Source: Eubacteriales bacterium
GTDB taxonomy: Bacteria; Bacillota; Clostridia; Oscillospirales; CAG-272
Length of the DNA stretch: 64,000 nucleotides
NCBI GenBank assembly: GCA_045542275.1
Contig: JAZQKP010000038.1
Location: 9,674-73,673, forward strand
Reading direction: 5' to 3'
Below the pieces are notes generated by a model, which searched no databases, was not told the origin of the DNA, and saw only the letters and a program-made list of their open reading frames with translations. Every line of letters starts with the position of its first letter. Within the stretch, counting starts at the first letter, position 1. Of this stretch, positions 10,415 through 20,218 are shown one piece after another. Both the position numbers and the translations under genes were made by a program.

Positions 10415-11263
10415 TCATTTAATAATAATTTCTCTACCGTATCCGATAAGGGCACTTGATGTAGTGTACTGCTTAAGATTTTCTGTAATATTGTACTCAA
10501 CAGATGCATGGATATGTCCTGCCAATACACCGATAAAGTGAGTATCGTTAGCTCTTACAAGCTCAACAAACTCTCTTGCCTCCTCAGGGTCATACTGTGA
10601 GCCCATTACAAAGTAATGATTTACCTTTTTTCCAACCTCTTCTGAAAACTCACCAAGCTTTAAGGGTGCATGAATAAGGAGAAGAATTTTTTTGTTTTTA
10701 TCTATTTCAGCCTGCATTAAATCAAGCTGATTTCTTGTGATTTCCTTAGTTCCGTTATCTACTACAACTATTTCAAACTCGTCATAATCATATACATCAA
10801 ATTCGGGATTACGCATAATACCCTCAAAGCGCTCATACATCTTTCTCTTAGCGCCATATTCGTCGGTACGTGCGTGATTGCCCGGGCAATAAATTACCGG
10901 AATAGGATAATTCTCAATGAATTTTCTCATATATCTTATATTACTCTCGCTTACTCTATCCATAATATCACCGGACAAAATAAGTGCATCGGCACCGAAA
11001 TCAAGAGCATGCTGGGTAAGAGCTTCAAAAAGAACAAAGGGCTCTACCTGAAATCTATCATCATAAAATTCACCAAAGCGCTCTGCATAATGTATCTTAA
11101 GACTATCCCACTGCTCATGAGAACGCTTATACTCTGCAAGGTCTGCCTCGGAGCTGTCTTCATCAATACAAGCCATATGAGCATCGCTTATCTGGAAGAA
11201 TTTATATTCCTTTTTTAAACCCAAATCAATAACGGTTTTACTAAGCTGAATAAGTTCGTTCAT
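10415..11263 (-). CDS. metallophosphoesterase (calcineurin-like)
   Basis: Motifs QISDAHM, LSGDIMDR, GNHA and GHIH. The ATG at 11263 has an AAAGGTGA RBS. Confidence 0.75.
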   Translation of the reverse strand: MNELIQLSKTVIDLGLKKEYKFFQISDAHMACIDEDSSEADLAEYKRSHEQWDSLKIHYAERFGEFYDDRFQVEPFVLFEALTQHALDFGADALILSGDIMDRVSESNIRYMRKFIENYPIPVIYCPGNHARTDEYGAKRKMYERFEGIMRNPEFDVYDYDEFEIVVVDNGTKEITRNQLDLMQAEIDKNKKILLLIHAPLKLGEFSEEVGKKVNHYFVMGSQYDPEEAREFVELVRANDTHFIGVLAGHIHASVEYNITENLKQYTTSSALIGYGREIIIK

Positions 11264-11419
11264 AATATCACCTTTACGAAATATATTATTGACTTTATTA
11301 TACCTTACCTTATCACGTATGTCAATATTTATCAAAAAAAGTCAATGGAAAATGACTTTTAATCGGGTAAATTCGACCTTCTTTTTAAGTCATAGATATT
11401 AAAATTATTTCAAAGGACG

Positions 11420-11770
11420 GTGAAAAGAGTGTTAAAGCAGCAGCCTATCAAAATAAGCTTTGGAAATTACACGTTAAACGTAAAAATAAGAGGAGATATA
11501 GACCATCACTCAGCCAAGGGAGTTCGTGAAAGCATTGACGAAGCGATGATGAATCACAAGCCGCATTTTGTTGTTCTTGATTTAAGCTCTGTTGATTTTA
11601 TGGACTCATCAGGGCTTGGTCTTATCCTTGGCAGATATACCTGTGCCTCAAATATTGGTGCAAGGCTTATACTGTACAAGCCCACCAAAAGAATAAAAAA
11701 AATACTTGAAATGGCAGGTATTGAAAGAATTATAGAAATCAAAGGAGATGACAACGATGAAATGTTCTGA
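11420..11770 (+). CDS. spoIIAA: anti-sigma F factor antagonist (STAS domain)
   Basis: 116 aa STAS protein with the phosphorylatable serine context DFMDSSGLG. First gene of spoIIAA-spoIIAB-sigF. The start is uncertain (GTG at 11420 or 11429). Confidence 0.85.
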   Translation: MKRVLKQQPIKISFGNYTLNVKIRGDIDHHSAKGVRESIDEAMMNHKPHFVVLDLSSVDFMDSSGLGLILGRYTCASNIGARLILYKPTKRIKKILEMAGIERIIEIKGDDNDEMF

Positions 11771-12185
11771 AAATAATATGAAGCTATATCTTCCTTCTCT
11801 ATCAATAAATGAAAGCATGGCAAGACAGGCTGTCGCATCCTTTGTGTCTCAGCTAAATCCGACAATTGAGGAATTAGCAGATATTAAATGTGCTGTTTCT
11901 GAGGCTGTAACAAATGCAATAGTTCATGGATACAGATATAAAAATGGTACTGTGTACATAGGAGTCAAATATTATAGCGACAGGACGGTGATAATTGAGG
12001 TGCGTGATAAGGGGTGCGGAATAAAGGATGTAAAGGAAGCTATGACTCCACTGTTTACTACCGATACCTCGGGTGAACGAAGTGGTATGGGTTTTGCCGT
12101 TATGCAGTCCTTTATGGATAAGCTTGATGTTCGTTCTCAGCTTGATAAGGGTGTTCGCGTTCTTATGACAAAGCATCTTAAATAA
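11757..12185 (+). CDS. spoIIAB: anti-sigma F factor, serine protein kinase
   Basis: NESMARQAVASFVSQLNPTIEELADIKCAVSEAVTNAIVHGY aligns with the Bacillus SpoIIAB N-box, and a G-box ERSGMGF is present. The ATG at 11757 lies 9 nt after an AAAGGAG RBS and overlaps the end of spoIIAA. Confidence 0.9.
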   Translation: MKCSENNMKLYLPSLSINESMARQAVASFVSQLNPTIEELADIKCAVSEAVTNAIVHGYRYKNGTVYIGVKYYSDRTVIIEVRDKGCGIKDVKEAMTPLFTTDTSGERSGMGFAVMQSFMDKLDVRSQLDKGVRVLMTKHLK

Positions 12186-12186
12186 A

Positions 12187-12906
12187 ATGGATTTCAATAC
12201 AAATCAGGAATTACTTAAAAAAGCTCTTCAGGGAGACGAAAAAGCCGTTTGTACCTTGATGGAAAACAATTTAGGTCTTGTTCGATCTATCGCCCTACGC
12301 TTTCGTGACAGAGGTGTTGAATATGAGGACCTCGTTCAAATTGGATCTATCGGTATGTTCAAGGCTATAAAAAGCTTCGATATTGATAAGGGTACGGCGT
12401 TCTCCACCTACGCAGTACCACTTATAATCGGTGAAATAAGACGCTTTATCCGTGATGACGGTCTTATTAAGGTCAGTAGAATATACAAGCAACAAGGCGC
12501 TATGCTTATGAAGGAACGGGAAAAATATGTTGCTGAATACGGATGCGAGCCTAAAATTGAGGTTCTTGCTAAGCTATGTAATCTTACTGTTGAAGAGGCT
12601 TCGGTTGCTATTGATGCTTCATCACCTGTCAATTCTCTTTCAGCATCTATTAGTGGAGATGATGAAAATTATACCCTCGAAAATGTTCTTAGTGAGGAAA
12701 AAAGCGAAATTGATACAAGAATTGAGCATATTGCTCTCTCTCAGGCTGTTTCTTCTCTTCCCCCTTTGTGGAGAAAAATTGTTGTTTTAAGATATCTTAA
12801 GGAATATTCTCAACAAAAAACCGCAAGTGTCTTGGGGCTTACCCAAGTTAAAATTTCCCGTGAGGAAAAGAAAATCTTTGAGGCATTGCGAAAAGAGCTA
12901 TCATAA
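12187..12906 (+). CDS. sigF: sporulation sigma factor SigF
   Basis: Group-3 sigma with region 2 (YEDLVQIGSIGMFKAIKSFD, AFSTYAVPLIIGEIRRFIRDD) and region 4 (SQQKTASVLGLTQVKISREEKK). Operon position after spoIIAB. Confidence 0.9.
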   Translation: MDFNTNQELLKKALQGDEKAVCTLMENNLGLVRSIALRFRDRGVEYEDLVQIGSIGMFKAIKSFDIDKGTAFSTYAVPLIIGEIRRFIRDDGLIKVSRIYKQQGAMLMKEREKYVAEYGCEPKIEVLAKLCNLTVEEASVAIDASSPVNSLSASISGDDENYTLENVLSEEKSEIDTRIEHIALSQAVSSLPPLWRKIVVLRYLKEYSQQKTASVLGLTQVKISREEKKIFEALRKELS

Positions 12907-12938
12907 AAAGAGAGCAGAATTTCTGCTCTCTTTGTTTT
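12905..12938. terminator. bidirectional terminator between sigF and the convergent ABC-2 permease gene
   Basis: aaaaa-gagagcag-aattt-ctgctctc-tttgtttt. Confidence 0.8.
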
Positions 12939-13833
12939 ATTTGTCTTTTTTTCTGAAGATGTTTAAAAGCACATATGCTACAACCAATGCTACAATTGAA
13001 GTAATAAGGACTATATACATTACATATGGCTCTACTTTACTGTCAAAGAAATAAATGTTACAGTCTATTGCGTCACGTAGACTATCAACTACAATTTCAG
13101 GAATGCCCTCATCCTGTAATGCTTTAAGAGCTCCGTTCATTGCGTGGTTACGGAACAAAGATGTACCATACGTACCGGGCAGGAATGAAATAACCTTCTG
13201 TAACCCATCACTAAATGATGAAATAGGCATATATGCTCCACATATAAATCCATATCCTGCGCTTACTATAGTACCTACTGCAGAGATTTGTCCTTGGGTT
13301 GACAAGAAGAAATTAATAAGTGAGGATAACGCTGTACCAAAGAATACAAGTATTACAACATCAAGCAATAGTAAGAATACATCTGCCACCGACATATACC
13401 AGCCTATAATTGCAACATAGCATATGCAGATAGCTGCAGCGGTAAAGCAAATTAACAATGTTGAAACAAGTGTAGCGACATAGTAGCTTAGTGAAAGCAC
13501 AGATGTACTTAGAGGTGAAATCCTTAAATCCTTAATAGTTCCGTTTGCCCTGTCCTGTACCATTAAGAAGTTGGAACAGAAGGCAACCGTAATACAGGAA
13601 ACGGCGAGCAACGATGAAATAAGCTGTCCACCCACTAAGCCGTCAATAATATCTTCCGGAATGGGTATACCCTGTGGAAAATTCATAGTAAAGCTATCTC
13701 TATACACATTGCTTAAAAATGTTGCATAAAGTACAAGCAATATTGCAGGAGTTATAAGAGCTGTAAAAAACATTCCCTTGTCCTTAAAAAACAGCTTTAT
13801 ATTTCTTTTTATGAGAGTTAGTGCTATCTTCAT
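12937..13833 (-). CDS. ABC-2 type transporter permease
   Basis: 298 aa with six hydrophobic helices. Its start overlaps the stop of the upstream ATPase gene by 4 nt. Confidence 0.8.
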   Translation of the reverse strand: MKIALTLIKRNIKLFFKDKGMFFTALITPAILLVLYATFLSNVYRDSFTMNFPQGIPIPEDIIDGLVGGQLISSLLAVSCITVAFCSNFLMVQDRANGTIKDLRISPLSTSVLSLSYYVATLVSTLLICFTAAAICICYVAIIGWYMSVADVFLLLLDVVILVFFGTALSSLINFFLSTQGQISAVGTIVSAGYGFICGAYMPISSFSDGLQKVISFLPGTYGTSLFRNHAMNGALKALQDEGIPEIVVDSLRDAIDCNIYFFDSKVEPYVMYIVLITSIVALVVAYVLLNIFRKKDK

Positions 13834-14744
13834 TTCTCTCCCCCCTCATTAAGCTTCTTTCCTGTTACAGAGAGGAAAACATCATCCATTTTACCCTTTG
13901 TAATTTCATAATCGACAAACAAATCGGGATTTTTTAAAATAAGCTCTGTTGCAGCCCTTGTATTAGGCACGGAAATTCGATATGCATCACGGATATGCTC
14001 ATATTCAAGTCCAAATGCCTTAATTTGTTCTTCGCCTACTCCGTATATGGTTACAAAATCACCTGTATATGTATTTTTAAGCTCCAAAGGCGTACCCTCT
14101 GCTGCAATTTTACCGCTATCAATTATAACTACAAAGTCTGCCTCTGCTGCCTCCTCCATGTAATGAGTAGTCAGAAATACAGTCATATTTTCATTTTTTC
14201 TAAGATTAGATATTACTGTCCAGATTATTTTTCTTGTCTTGGGGTCAAGACCTGTTGTAGGCTCATCAAGAATTAATATTTTTGGCTTATGTAAAAGAGC
14301 CCTTGCAATATCAATTCGCCTTCTCTGTCCGCCTGAAAGCTTACCGACAGGACGCTTTAGAAAATCCCCAAAATCCAAAATTTGCACAAGTTCATTAAGT
14401 CTTACTTTAAAGTCATCACCAATAATACCGTAAAGTGCAGCTCTGCTTTGTAAATTATCATACACACTAAGCGCACTGTCAAGAACAGAGTTTTGGAATA
14501 CTACGCCAAGCTCTCTCTTAATGCAATCAGCATTTTTATCAAGGTCGTTACCGTCTATTACAATTGTTCCGCTATCCTTGGTAAGCTGTGCACACATTAT
14601 ATTAATCGTAGTTGACTTACCTGCACCGTTAACACCAAGAAATGCAAACAATTCTCCCTCTTTTACACGAAAGCTTAAATCCTGTACAGCCTTGACCTCT
14701 CCAAAGCTTTTGGACAAATGATTTATCTCAATAATGTTTTTCAT
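13830..14744 (-). CDS. ABC transporter ATP-binding protein (ABC-2/DrrA-like)
   Basis: Walker A GVNGAGKST, signature LSGGQRRR, Walker B ILILDEPTTGLD. Confidence 0.9.
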   Translation of the reverse strand: MKNIIEINHLSKSFGEVKAVQDLSFRVKEGELFAFLGVNGAGKSTTINIMCAQLTKDSGTIVIDGNDLDKNADCIKRELGVVFQNSVLDSALSVYDNLQSRAALYGIIGDDFKVRLNELVQILDFGDFLKRPVGKLSGGQRRRIDIARALLHKPKILILDEPTTGLDPKTRKIIWTVISNLRKNENMTVFLTTHYMEEAAEADFVVIIDSGKIAAEGTPLELKNTYTGDFVTIYGVGEEQIKAFGLEYEHIRDAYRISVPNTRAATELILKNPDLFVDYEITKGKMDDVFLSVTGKKLNEGGEK

Positions 14745-14837
14745 TTTTTCTCCTTGCTTTTTTTCTATATTCTACACATTGGAATTACGAATTCAATAGA
14801 TTTTCTCTATTCGGCATTATTCAATGGGTAAATGGTC

Positions 14838-14864
14838 AAAAAACGGCGGGAAGCTCCGCCGTTT
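14838..14864 (-). terminator. rho-independent terminator after the aminotransferase gene
   Basis: The minus strand reads acggcgg-agcttc-ccgccgt followed by TTTTTT. Confidence 0.85.
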
Positions 14865-14866
14865 AG

Positions 14867-16117
14867 TTATGAATGTCTGTTACGAACTACGGAGAATGCC
14901 TCTTCTGCGATTTCTATAGTTTCCTTAATATCTGCATCAGTAAGAGCAGCATTTATAAAATGGTTATGGTGATTTGTAAAGAACACTCCACGCTTAACAC
15001 ATTCTGCAATCCATTCCTGATGAAGCATTAATGTGGGGTCATCTGCTATTCTTAAGTAGAACAAGGACTCTAGACCTGTAACGCGAAGGTCGAAGCCGTA
15101 TTTCTTCGCTGAAGCTATAAGTCCGTCCTTAAGCTTGATTCCCTTATCAATAAGAATTTTAGGGGCATCTATTTTCTTAAGCTTATTAATACAAGCTATG
15201 CCTGCTGCGAATGGTACAGCAGAAAGCCAATAGCTACCTGTATATGACATTCCCGACACGGTACTCTTTAAAAATTCCTTGCCACAAAGTGCAGAAACAT
15301 TATATCCGTTAGCAAGTGCCTTGCAGAAGCAGATAAGGTCAGCTTCAAAGCCGAAATAATGGTCTGAGCCTGCAATATCCATTCTAAAGCCTGCACGTAC
15401 ATCGTCAACTACCAAAACGGTTCCGTTGTCTGTGCAAATCTTACGTATCTTCTGCCAGAAGTCATGCTCTGGCATTTCGTTATCCTTGAAATTTCCGTGC
15501 ATATAGGGCTGACTTATTACAGCAGCAATTTGTCCCTTATATTTTTCAAAGGCTTCCTCTACTGCATTGAAATCATTCCAGTCAAGATAAATATTATTAC
15601 ATACGTCTTCTTCTATTATGCCCGAATAATCAATTTTTTGTGTCCAGGGCGATACACCGTGATAATATCCTTTAAAGAAAATGATTTTCTTTCTTTTTGT
15701 ATATGCACGGGCTGCCATTACAGCCATTGTAGTAACATCGTTACCGTTTTTTGCAAAGAAAGCCCAATCTGCACTGGCAACTGTATCAACAAGAAGCTCA
15801 GCAAACTCTATCATTTTCGTAGACGGAAAGCTAATACAGTCGCCCTTTTCTCTTTGTTTGGCTGCAGCCTCATCAACGTCAGGGTCATTATAGCCCAAGA
15901 TATTAGGTCCATAGGCACACATATAGTCAATAAATCTATTTCCATCAACATCCCAGATATATGAGCCCTGTGCTCTTTCAGAAAAGAATGGAAACGCCTC
16001 GACAGGCACATAACAGCCCTCAGCAGGTCCTTGATGGCCGTATATACCGGAGGGAATTACCTCTGCTGCGCGCTTAAAATATTCTCTGCTTTTTGTATAA
16101 TCATTTATTTTGTGCAT
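14867..16117 (-). CDS. class III (GSA-aminomutase-like) PLP-dependent aminotransferase
   Basis: 416 aa. GSYIWDVDGNRFIDY, a DDVR segment (VLVVDDVRAGFR) and FCKALANG (the PLP-lysine context) are typical of the HemL / acetylornithine aminotransferase fold type I class III family. Confidence 0.85.
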   Translation of the reverse strand: MHKINDYTKSREYFKRAAEVIPSGIYGHQGPAEGCYVPVEAFPFFSERAQGSYIWDVDGNRFIDYMCAYGPNILGYNDPDVDEAAAKQREKGDCISFPSTKMIEFAELLVDTVASADWAFFAKNGNDVTTMAVMAARAYTKRKKIIFFKGYYHGVSPWTQKIDYSGIIEEDVCNNIYLDWNDFNAVEEAFEKYKGQIAAVISQPYMHGNFKDNEMPEHDFWQKIRKICTDNGTVLVVDDVRAGFRMDIAGSDHYFGFEADLICFCKALANGYNVSALCGKEFLKSTVSGMSYTGSYWLSAVPFAAGIACINKLKKIDAPKILIDKGIKLKDGLIASAKKYGFDLRVTGLESLFYLRIADDPTLMLHQEWIAECVKRGVFFTNHHNHFINAALTDADIKETIEIAEEAFSVVRNRHS

Positions 16118-16131
16118 AGTATCTCCCCCTC

Positions 16132-16887
16132 TTACGCAAGATAAAAGGATACTCTGTCAAGTATTCTGTTTAAATTATCTACCATTGAAATCATACCACC
16201 AATACGCACCTGACCAAGTCCTACAGCTGTTACCGCATTTATTTTACCGTCAAAAAGTGCGCGTGCAAGCTCAAGACTTTCAAAAATCATATAGGCATCA
16301 AAATCATCAGGGTCACGGTGGAAGGCAGTCAGCTTGTGGTTATCTGCATTTATATATGCTACATCAGAGCTGTTTATAGCGATTTTAGCATCACCGTTCA
16401 CTATGTATGAAGCACTGGCCTGTCCGATCTTATCATGGTTACCAATCTGTGCCATAGCCTCTGTAATAACATTAAACATAAGAAGAGTGCTAACACGGAA
16501 AAATTCGCTATCCTTAAGGTCATCCTCAGTTGCGCGAAGATATTTTGATAAAATATCAGTAAGAGGCATAAATTTTTTAAGCAAAAAGCCTACTCTTAGA
16601 AGGCCTTTTCTGGGAATAGGAGTAACCGTACCGTCTATCATACCATTAAATTTCTCACAAGTGGAAAAGGCAAGTAAAATATTGCATTTTTCAACACCTT
16701 CAATCAAATGACACTCCCCATTATTGAAAACAAGTGTAGCTGAAGGCCCGTTTTTTACCTTAAAGCCTAAAGAAATCTTATCATTTTTAATAAGCTCATA
16801 TGCTTCACTGCATTCTCTGCAAAGCTTTGGTATAGAGCCTAAAATTCCGAACAAATTGATATATGCAAGGGTTTTTGTATCTTTCAT
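16132..16887 (-). CDS. hypothetical protein, possibly a double SCP2 (sterol-carrier-like) domain
   Basis: About 251 aa. The C-terminal segment LELARALFDGKINAVTAVGLGQVRIGGMISMVDNL resembles the SCP2 C-terminal motif, and an analogous N-terminal half is present. The ATG at 16887 has a GGAGG RBS. The family call is tentative. Confidence 0.45.
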   Translation of the reverse strand: MKDTKTLAYINLFGILGSIPKLCRECSEAYELIKNDKISLGFKVKNGPSATLVFNNGECHLIEGVEKCNILLAFSTCEKFNGMIDGTVTPIPRKGLLRVGFLLKKFMPLTDILSKYLRATEDDLKDSEFFRVSTLLMFNVITEAMAQIGNHDKIGQASASYIVNGDAKIAINSSDVAYINADNHKLTAFHRDPDDFDAYMIFESLELARALFDGKINAVTAVGLGQVRIGGMISMVDNLNRILDRVSFYLA

Positions 16888-16932
16888 AATAAAAACCTCC
16901 AAATCAAGTCAAAATAAGTAATTGATATATCA

Positions 16933-16961
16933 ATTTTATCATTTTTACGTACACGTGTCAA
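16933..16961 (-). promoter_or_regulatory. sigma-A type promoter of the SCP2-like/aminotransferase operon
   Basis: Minus strand: TTGACA - 17 nt - TAAAAT with TGa extended -10. The 3' end overlaps the 16-bp perfect palindrome AATTGATATATCAATT (16920-16935). Confidence 0.55.
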
Positions 16962-16991
16962 GACTTTTTCATTTTTACAGTTAAATATCAC

Positions 16992-17020
16992 TTGACATCA
17001 GGCAATAATAAGTATATAAT
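16992..17020 (+). promoter_or_regulatory. consensus sigma-A promoter of ppa
   Basis: TTGACA - 17 nt - TATAAT, both hexamers perfect. Confidence 0.7.
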
Positions 17021-17057
17021 ATGCTTAGCGAATTTTTAATTCTATTGGAGGTATTTT

Positions 17058-17588
17058 ATGAATCCTTGGCATGATTTCGATGATGAAAGAATTACTACAT
17101 CTGATTTTTTAGCTGTAATTGAAATCCCCAGAGGCAGCAAGAATAAGTATGAGCTTGATAAAAGAAGTGGTCTTTTGCGCCTTGACAGAATACTTTACAC
17201 CTCTACTCATTATCCTGCTAACTACGGATTTATTCCCCGTACTCTTTCCGAGGACCATGACCCACTTGACGTTCTCGTCATCTGTCAGGAGCCTCTTGAG
17301 CCTATGTCTATAGTACAGTGCTACCCTATCGGTATTCTTTATATGATTGATGAAAATGAGGTTGACGAAAAAATTATCGCTATCCCTGTTAACGACCCTA
17401 ACCTTAACTCATATAACGACATTACTGAGCTTCCTAAACATCAGTTTGAGGAAATCAAACACTTCTTTGAGGTTTATAAATTCCTTGAAAACAAGACTAC
17501 AAGAGTTGATAAAATCGATGGACGTGATGCGGCTGTTGAAACTATTAAAAAATGTAAAAAGGCTTACAAGGAAAAATTCCTTAGCTAA
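17058..17588 (+). CDS. ppa: family I inorganic pyrophosphatase
   Basis: IEIPRGSKNKYELDK, YPANYGFIP and DHDPLDVLV are canonical family I PPase motifs. Confidence 0.92.
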   Translation: MNPWHDFDDERITTSDFLAVIEIPRGSKNKYELDKRSGLLRLDRILYTSTHYPANYGFIPRTLSEDHDPLDVLVICQEPLEPMSIVQCYPIGILYMIDENEVDEKIIAIPVNDPNLNSYNDITELPKHQFEEIKHFFEVYKFLENKTTRVDKIDGRDAAVETIKKCKKAYKEKFLS

Positions 17589-17599
17589 TCGGTGAGCAT

Positions 17600-18130
17600 A
17601 TGATTAAAGCAAGCGTTACTTACAATAAGGCAGCTCTTACAAAGCTGATGAAATATAATTCTCTCGGCTCTCCCTCTAAGCTTGCTGCCTACATATTTGT
17701 TACTGTTTTCACTACCGCTCTGTTTCTTGCAAGCATTGGATCAGGCGTCTTTACAACCTTTCTTATTATGCTGATTATTGTAATAGTAGTTGATGCTATG
17801 GTTGTTACTGCATACTTTGTAAAGCCTTATACAAAACTGAAAAATTTTACAGATGACAATATAGTAATAAACAACTTTATCTTCACAAATGAAAGCATTT
17901 TAGCATCTTCAAAATCAAAAACACGAACAGGCTCATCTACATACAAATATGAATGGATATACAGAGCCTGTGAAACAAAGGATACCTTCTATATTTTCTT
18001 TAATAAGCAAAACGGCTTGATTATAACAAAAAGCGAAATAACCGAAGGAGATGCTGATTCCTTACGTGCTCTTCTCTCTTCAAAGGTAACAGGTCAAAGA
18101 AACAGACTTAAAAAACAAAAAAACAAGTAA
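17600..18130 (+). CDS. YcxB-like membrane protein
   Basis: 176 aa. Two central TM helices followed by a small soluble domain, the arrangement I associate with YcxB (PF14317). The family call is from memory. Confidence 0.5.
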   Translation: MIKASVTYNKAALTKLMKYNSLGSPSKLAAYIFVTVFTTALFLASIGSGVFTTFLIMLIIVIVVDAMVVTAYFVKPYTKLKNFTDDNIVINNFIFTNESILASSKSKTRTGSSTYKYEWIYRACETKDTFYIFFNKQNGLIITKSEITEGDADSLRALLSSKVTGQRNRLKKQKNK

Positions 18131-18151
18131 TCCTTACGGGTTACTTTATAA

Positions 18152-18236
18152 GCAGGCGTGGCGGAATTGGCATACGCGTTGGTCTCAGAAGCCAATGAAG
18201 CGATTCTTGTGAGTTCGAATCTCATCGCCTGCACCA
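18152..18236 (+). tRNA. tRNA-Leu (anticodon CAG), CCA encoded
   Basis: Acceptor stem GCAGGCG/CGCCTGC plus ACCA. D arm GCG-GAATTGGCATA-CGC. Anticodon stem TTGGT/GCCAA with loop CTCAGAA. Long variable arm. T arm GTGAG-TTCGAAT-CTCAT. Closely parallels Bacillus tRNA-Leu. Confidence 0.9.
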
Positions 18237-18270
18237 ATCGGTACATTTTATATGTGCCGATTTTTCTTTT
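18237..18270 (+). terminator. terminator after tRNA-Leu
   Basis: atcggtaca / tgtgccgat stem (one G-U pair) followed by TTTTT. Confidence 0.7.
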
Positions 18271-18274
18271 CATA

Positions 18275-18303
18275 TTGCAAATACACAAAGGATATTGTAT
18301 AAT
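18275..18303 (+). promoter_or_regulatory. sigma-A type promoter of the GH3 gene
   Basis: TTGCAA - 17 nt - TATAAT. Confidence 0.6.
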
Positions 18304-18334
18304 TAAAGTAACTAATCTAAAAGGAGAAAATACT

Positions 18335-20212
18335 ATGAATTTCATGGAAAGATCAAAGGAATTAGTTGCAAAAATGACTATTGAGGAAAAGATGGCGCAG
18401 ATGAGATTTGATGCACCTGCTATTCCCCGTCTTAACATTCCTGCATATAACTGGTGGAATGAGTGTCTCCACGGTGTTGCACGTCAGGGCTGTGCAACCG
18501 TATTCCCTCAGGCAATTGGTCTTGCTGCAAGCTATAATACTGAGCTTATGGAGGAGGTAGCAACTGCTATTTCCGATGAGGCAAGAGCTAAATATAACGA
18601 ATTTAAAAAGTTTGGTAGCACAGAGCTTTATCAGGGACTTACCTTCTGGTCTCCAAATATCAACATATTCAGAGATCCCCGTTGGGGACGTGGCCATGAA
18701 ACCTACGGTGAGGACCCATTACTTACCGGTAAAATGGGTACTGCCTTTATAAAGGGCTTACAGGGTAACGGGAAATACCGTAAGCTTGATGCCACAATCA
18801 AGCATTATGCCGTACATAGTGGTCCTGAATATGAGCGCCATGGATTTGATGCTGTAGTTTCTAAAAAGGATTTATATGAAACATATCTGAGCGCATTTAA
18901 ATATTGCATAGACCACGCCGATCCATCTGCTGTAATGGGTGCATATAACCGTGTTAACGGTGAGCCTTGCTGTGGAAGTAAAACACTTTTGCAGGATATT
19001 CTCTACGGTGAGTTTGGATTTAAGGGATATGTAGTGTCCGACTGTGGCGCTATACGTGATATTCATGTAGGTCATAAGGTAACAAGCTCTGAGCCGGAGA
19101 GCGTTGCTCTTGCTCTGAACAACGGCTGTCAGCTTAACTGTGGTGATGCTTATCTTAGCCTTTATGAAGCTTATGAAATGGATTTGATTACTGAAGAAAC
19201 TATTACTGCTGCTGTTGAAAAGCTATTTGAAGCCCGTTTCCGTCTTGGAATGTTTGATGATGACTGCGAATATGACAATATTCCTTATGATGTTGTTGAG
19301 TGCGATAAGCACACTGCTATAAATAGAAAAATGGCACAGGAAAGCACAGTTCTTCTTAAAAACAACGGAATTTTACCTCTTTCCAAGGATGTAAAAACAA
19401 TTGCTGTTATCGGTCCTAATGCAGATAACTTTGGAGTTTTAAAGGGTAACTATAACGGTACTCCATCAAAATATTATACACCACTGAGAGGTCTACAGGA
19501 TGCTTTTGACGGTAAGGTACTATATGCGGCAGGCTGTCACCCCAACGACCCTAATACCGGTAACTGGTGTGGCAATCCTATGCGTGAAGCAGAGATTATT
19601 GCACAAAAGTCAGATGTTGTTATTATGTGTATGGGTCTTAACCCCTCAATGGAGGGTGAAGAGGGCGATACATTTAACGGAGATGCTGCAGGTGATAAGA
19701 AGGATATATACCTTCCAATCCCACAGCAGCAGCTGTTTGAACGTGTTCGTGCCATTGGAAAGCCTATTATATTTGTCAACATCAGTGGAAGCTGTGTTTC
19801 ACTTGTTGAACAAGACAAATATTGCGATGCTGTAATTCAAAGCTTCTATCCCGGTGCGCAGGGAGGTAATGCTATTGCAGATATTATATTAGGTAAAGCA
19901 TCACCTAGTGGACGTTTGCCTGTTACCTTCTATAAGGACGATAGCGATCTTCCTCCCTTCAGAGATTACAGCATGGAAAACCGCACATACAAATTCTTTA
20001 AGGGCACGCCTCTTTACCCCTTTGGATACGGACTTACATATGGTAATGTTGAAGAAAAGTGGCTAGACGAAAATACCGTTGAGCTTTATAATAAAGACGG
20101 AATGGACACAGACTATTCTGTGTTGAAATTTAAAACTGAGCCTCACAAAGAGCTTGTTGATTTCAAAAAGGTATTTATCCGTGTCGGTGAGCATATTACT
20201 GTAAATTTCTAA
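18335..20212 (+). CDS. glycoside hydrolase family 3 (beta-glucosidase / beta-xylosidase type)
   Basis: MTIEEKMAQM start, NWWNECLHGV, GYVVSDCGA (nucleophile Asp context) and a C-terminal GH3 alpha/beta sandwich. The ATG at 18335 follows an AAGGAG RBS. The tracked 5' extension overlaps the tRNA. No signal peptide. Confidence 0.9.
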   Translation: MNFMERSKELVAKMTIEEKMAQMRFDAPAIPRLNIPAYNWWNECLHGVARQGCATVFPQAIGLAASYNTELMEEVATAISDEARAKYNEFKKFGSTELYQGLTFWSPNINIFRDPRWGRGHETYGEDPLLTGKMGTAFIKGLQGNGKYRKLDATIKHYAVHSGPEYERHGFDAVVSKKDLYETYLSAFKYCIDHADPSAVMGAYNRVNGEPCCGSKTLLQDILYGEFGFKGYVVSDCGAIRDIHVGHKVTSSEPESVALALNNGCQLNCGDAYLSLYEAYEMDLITEETITAAVEKLFEARFRLGMFDDDCEYDNIPYDVVECDKHTAINRKMAQESTVLLKNNGILPLSKDVKTIAVIGPNADNFGVLKGNYNGTPSKYYTPLRGLQDAFDGKVLYAAGCHPNDPNTGNWCGNPMREAEIIAQKSDVVIMCMGLNPSMEGEEGDTFNGDAAGDKKDIYLPIPQQQLFERVRAIGKPIIFVNISGSCVSLVEQDKYCDAVIQSFYPGAQGGNAIADIILGKASPSGRLPVTFYKDDSDLPPFRDYSMENRTYKFFKGTPLYPFGYGLTYGNVEEKWLDENTVELYNKDGMDTDYSVLKFKTEPHKELVDFKKVFIRVGEHITVNF

Positions 20213-20218
20213 TATATT

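Noticed and set aside
11372-11378. TTCGACC upstream of spoIIAA, considered as a Spo0A box.
   Set aside because: It is a single imperfect 7-mer (the consensus is TTCGACA). I could not identify a convincing sigma-H -35/-10 pair next to it, so the evidence is insufficient to annotate it.
18158-18334. The tracked 5' extension of the GH3 ORF (684 aa).
   Set aside because: The extension reads straight through tRNA-Leu, its terminator and the predicted promoter. The ATG at 18335 has a proper RBS, and the canonical GH3 N-terminus starts there.
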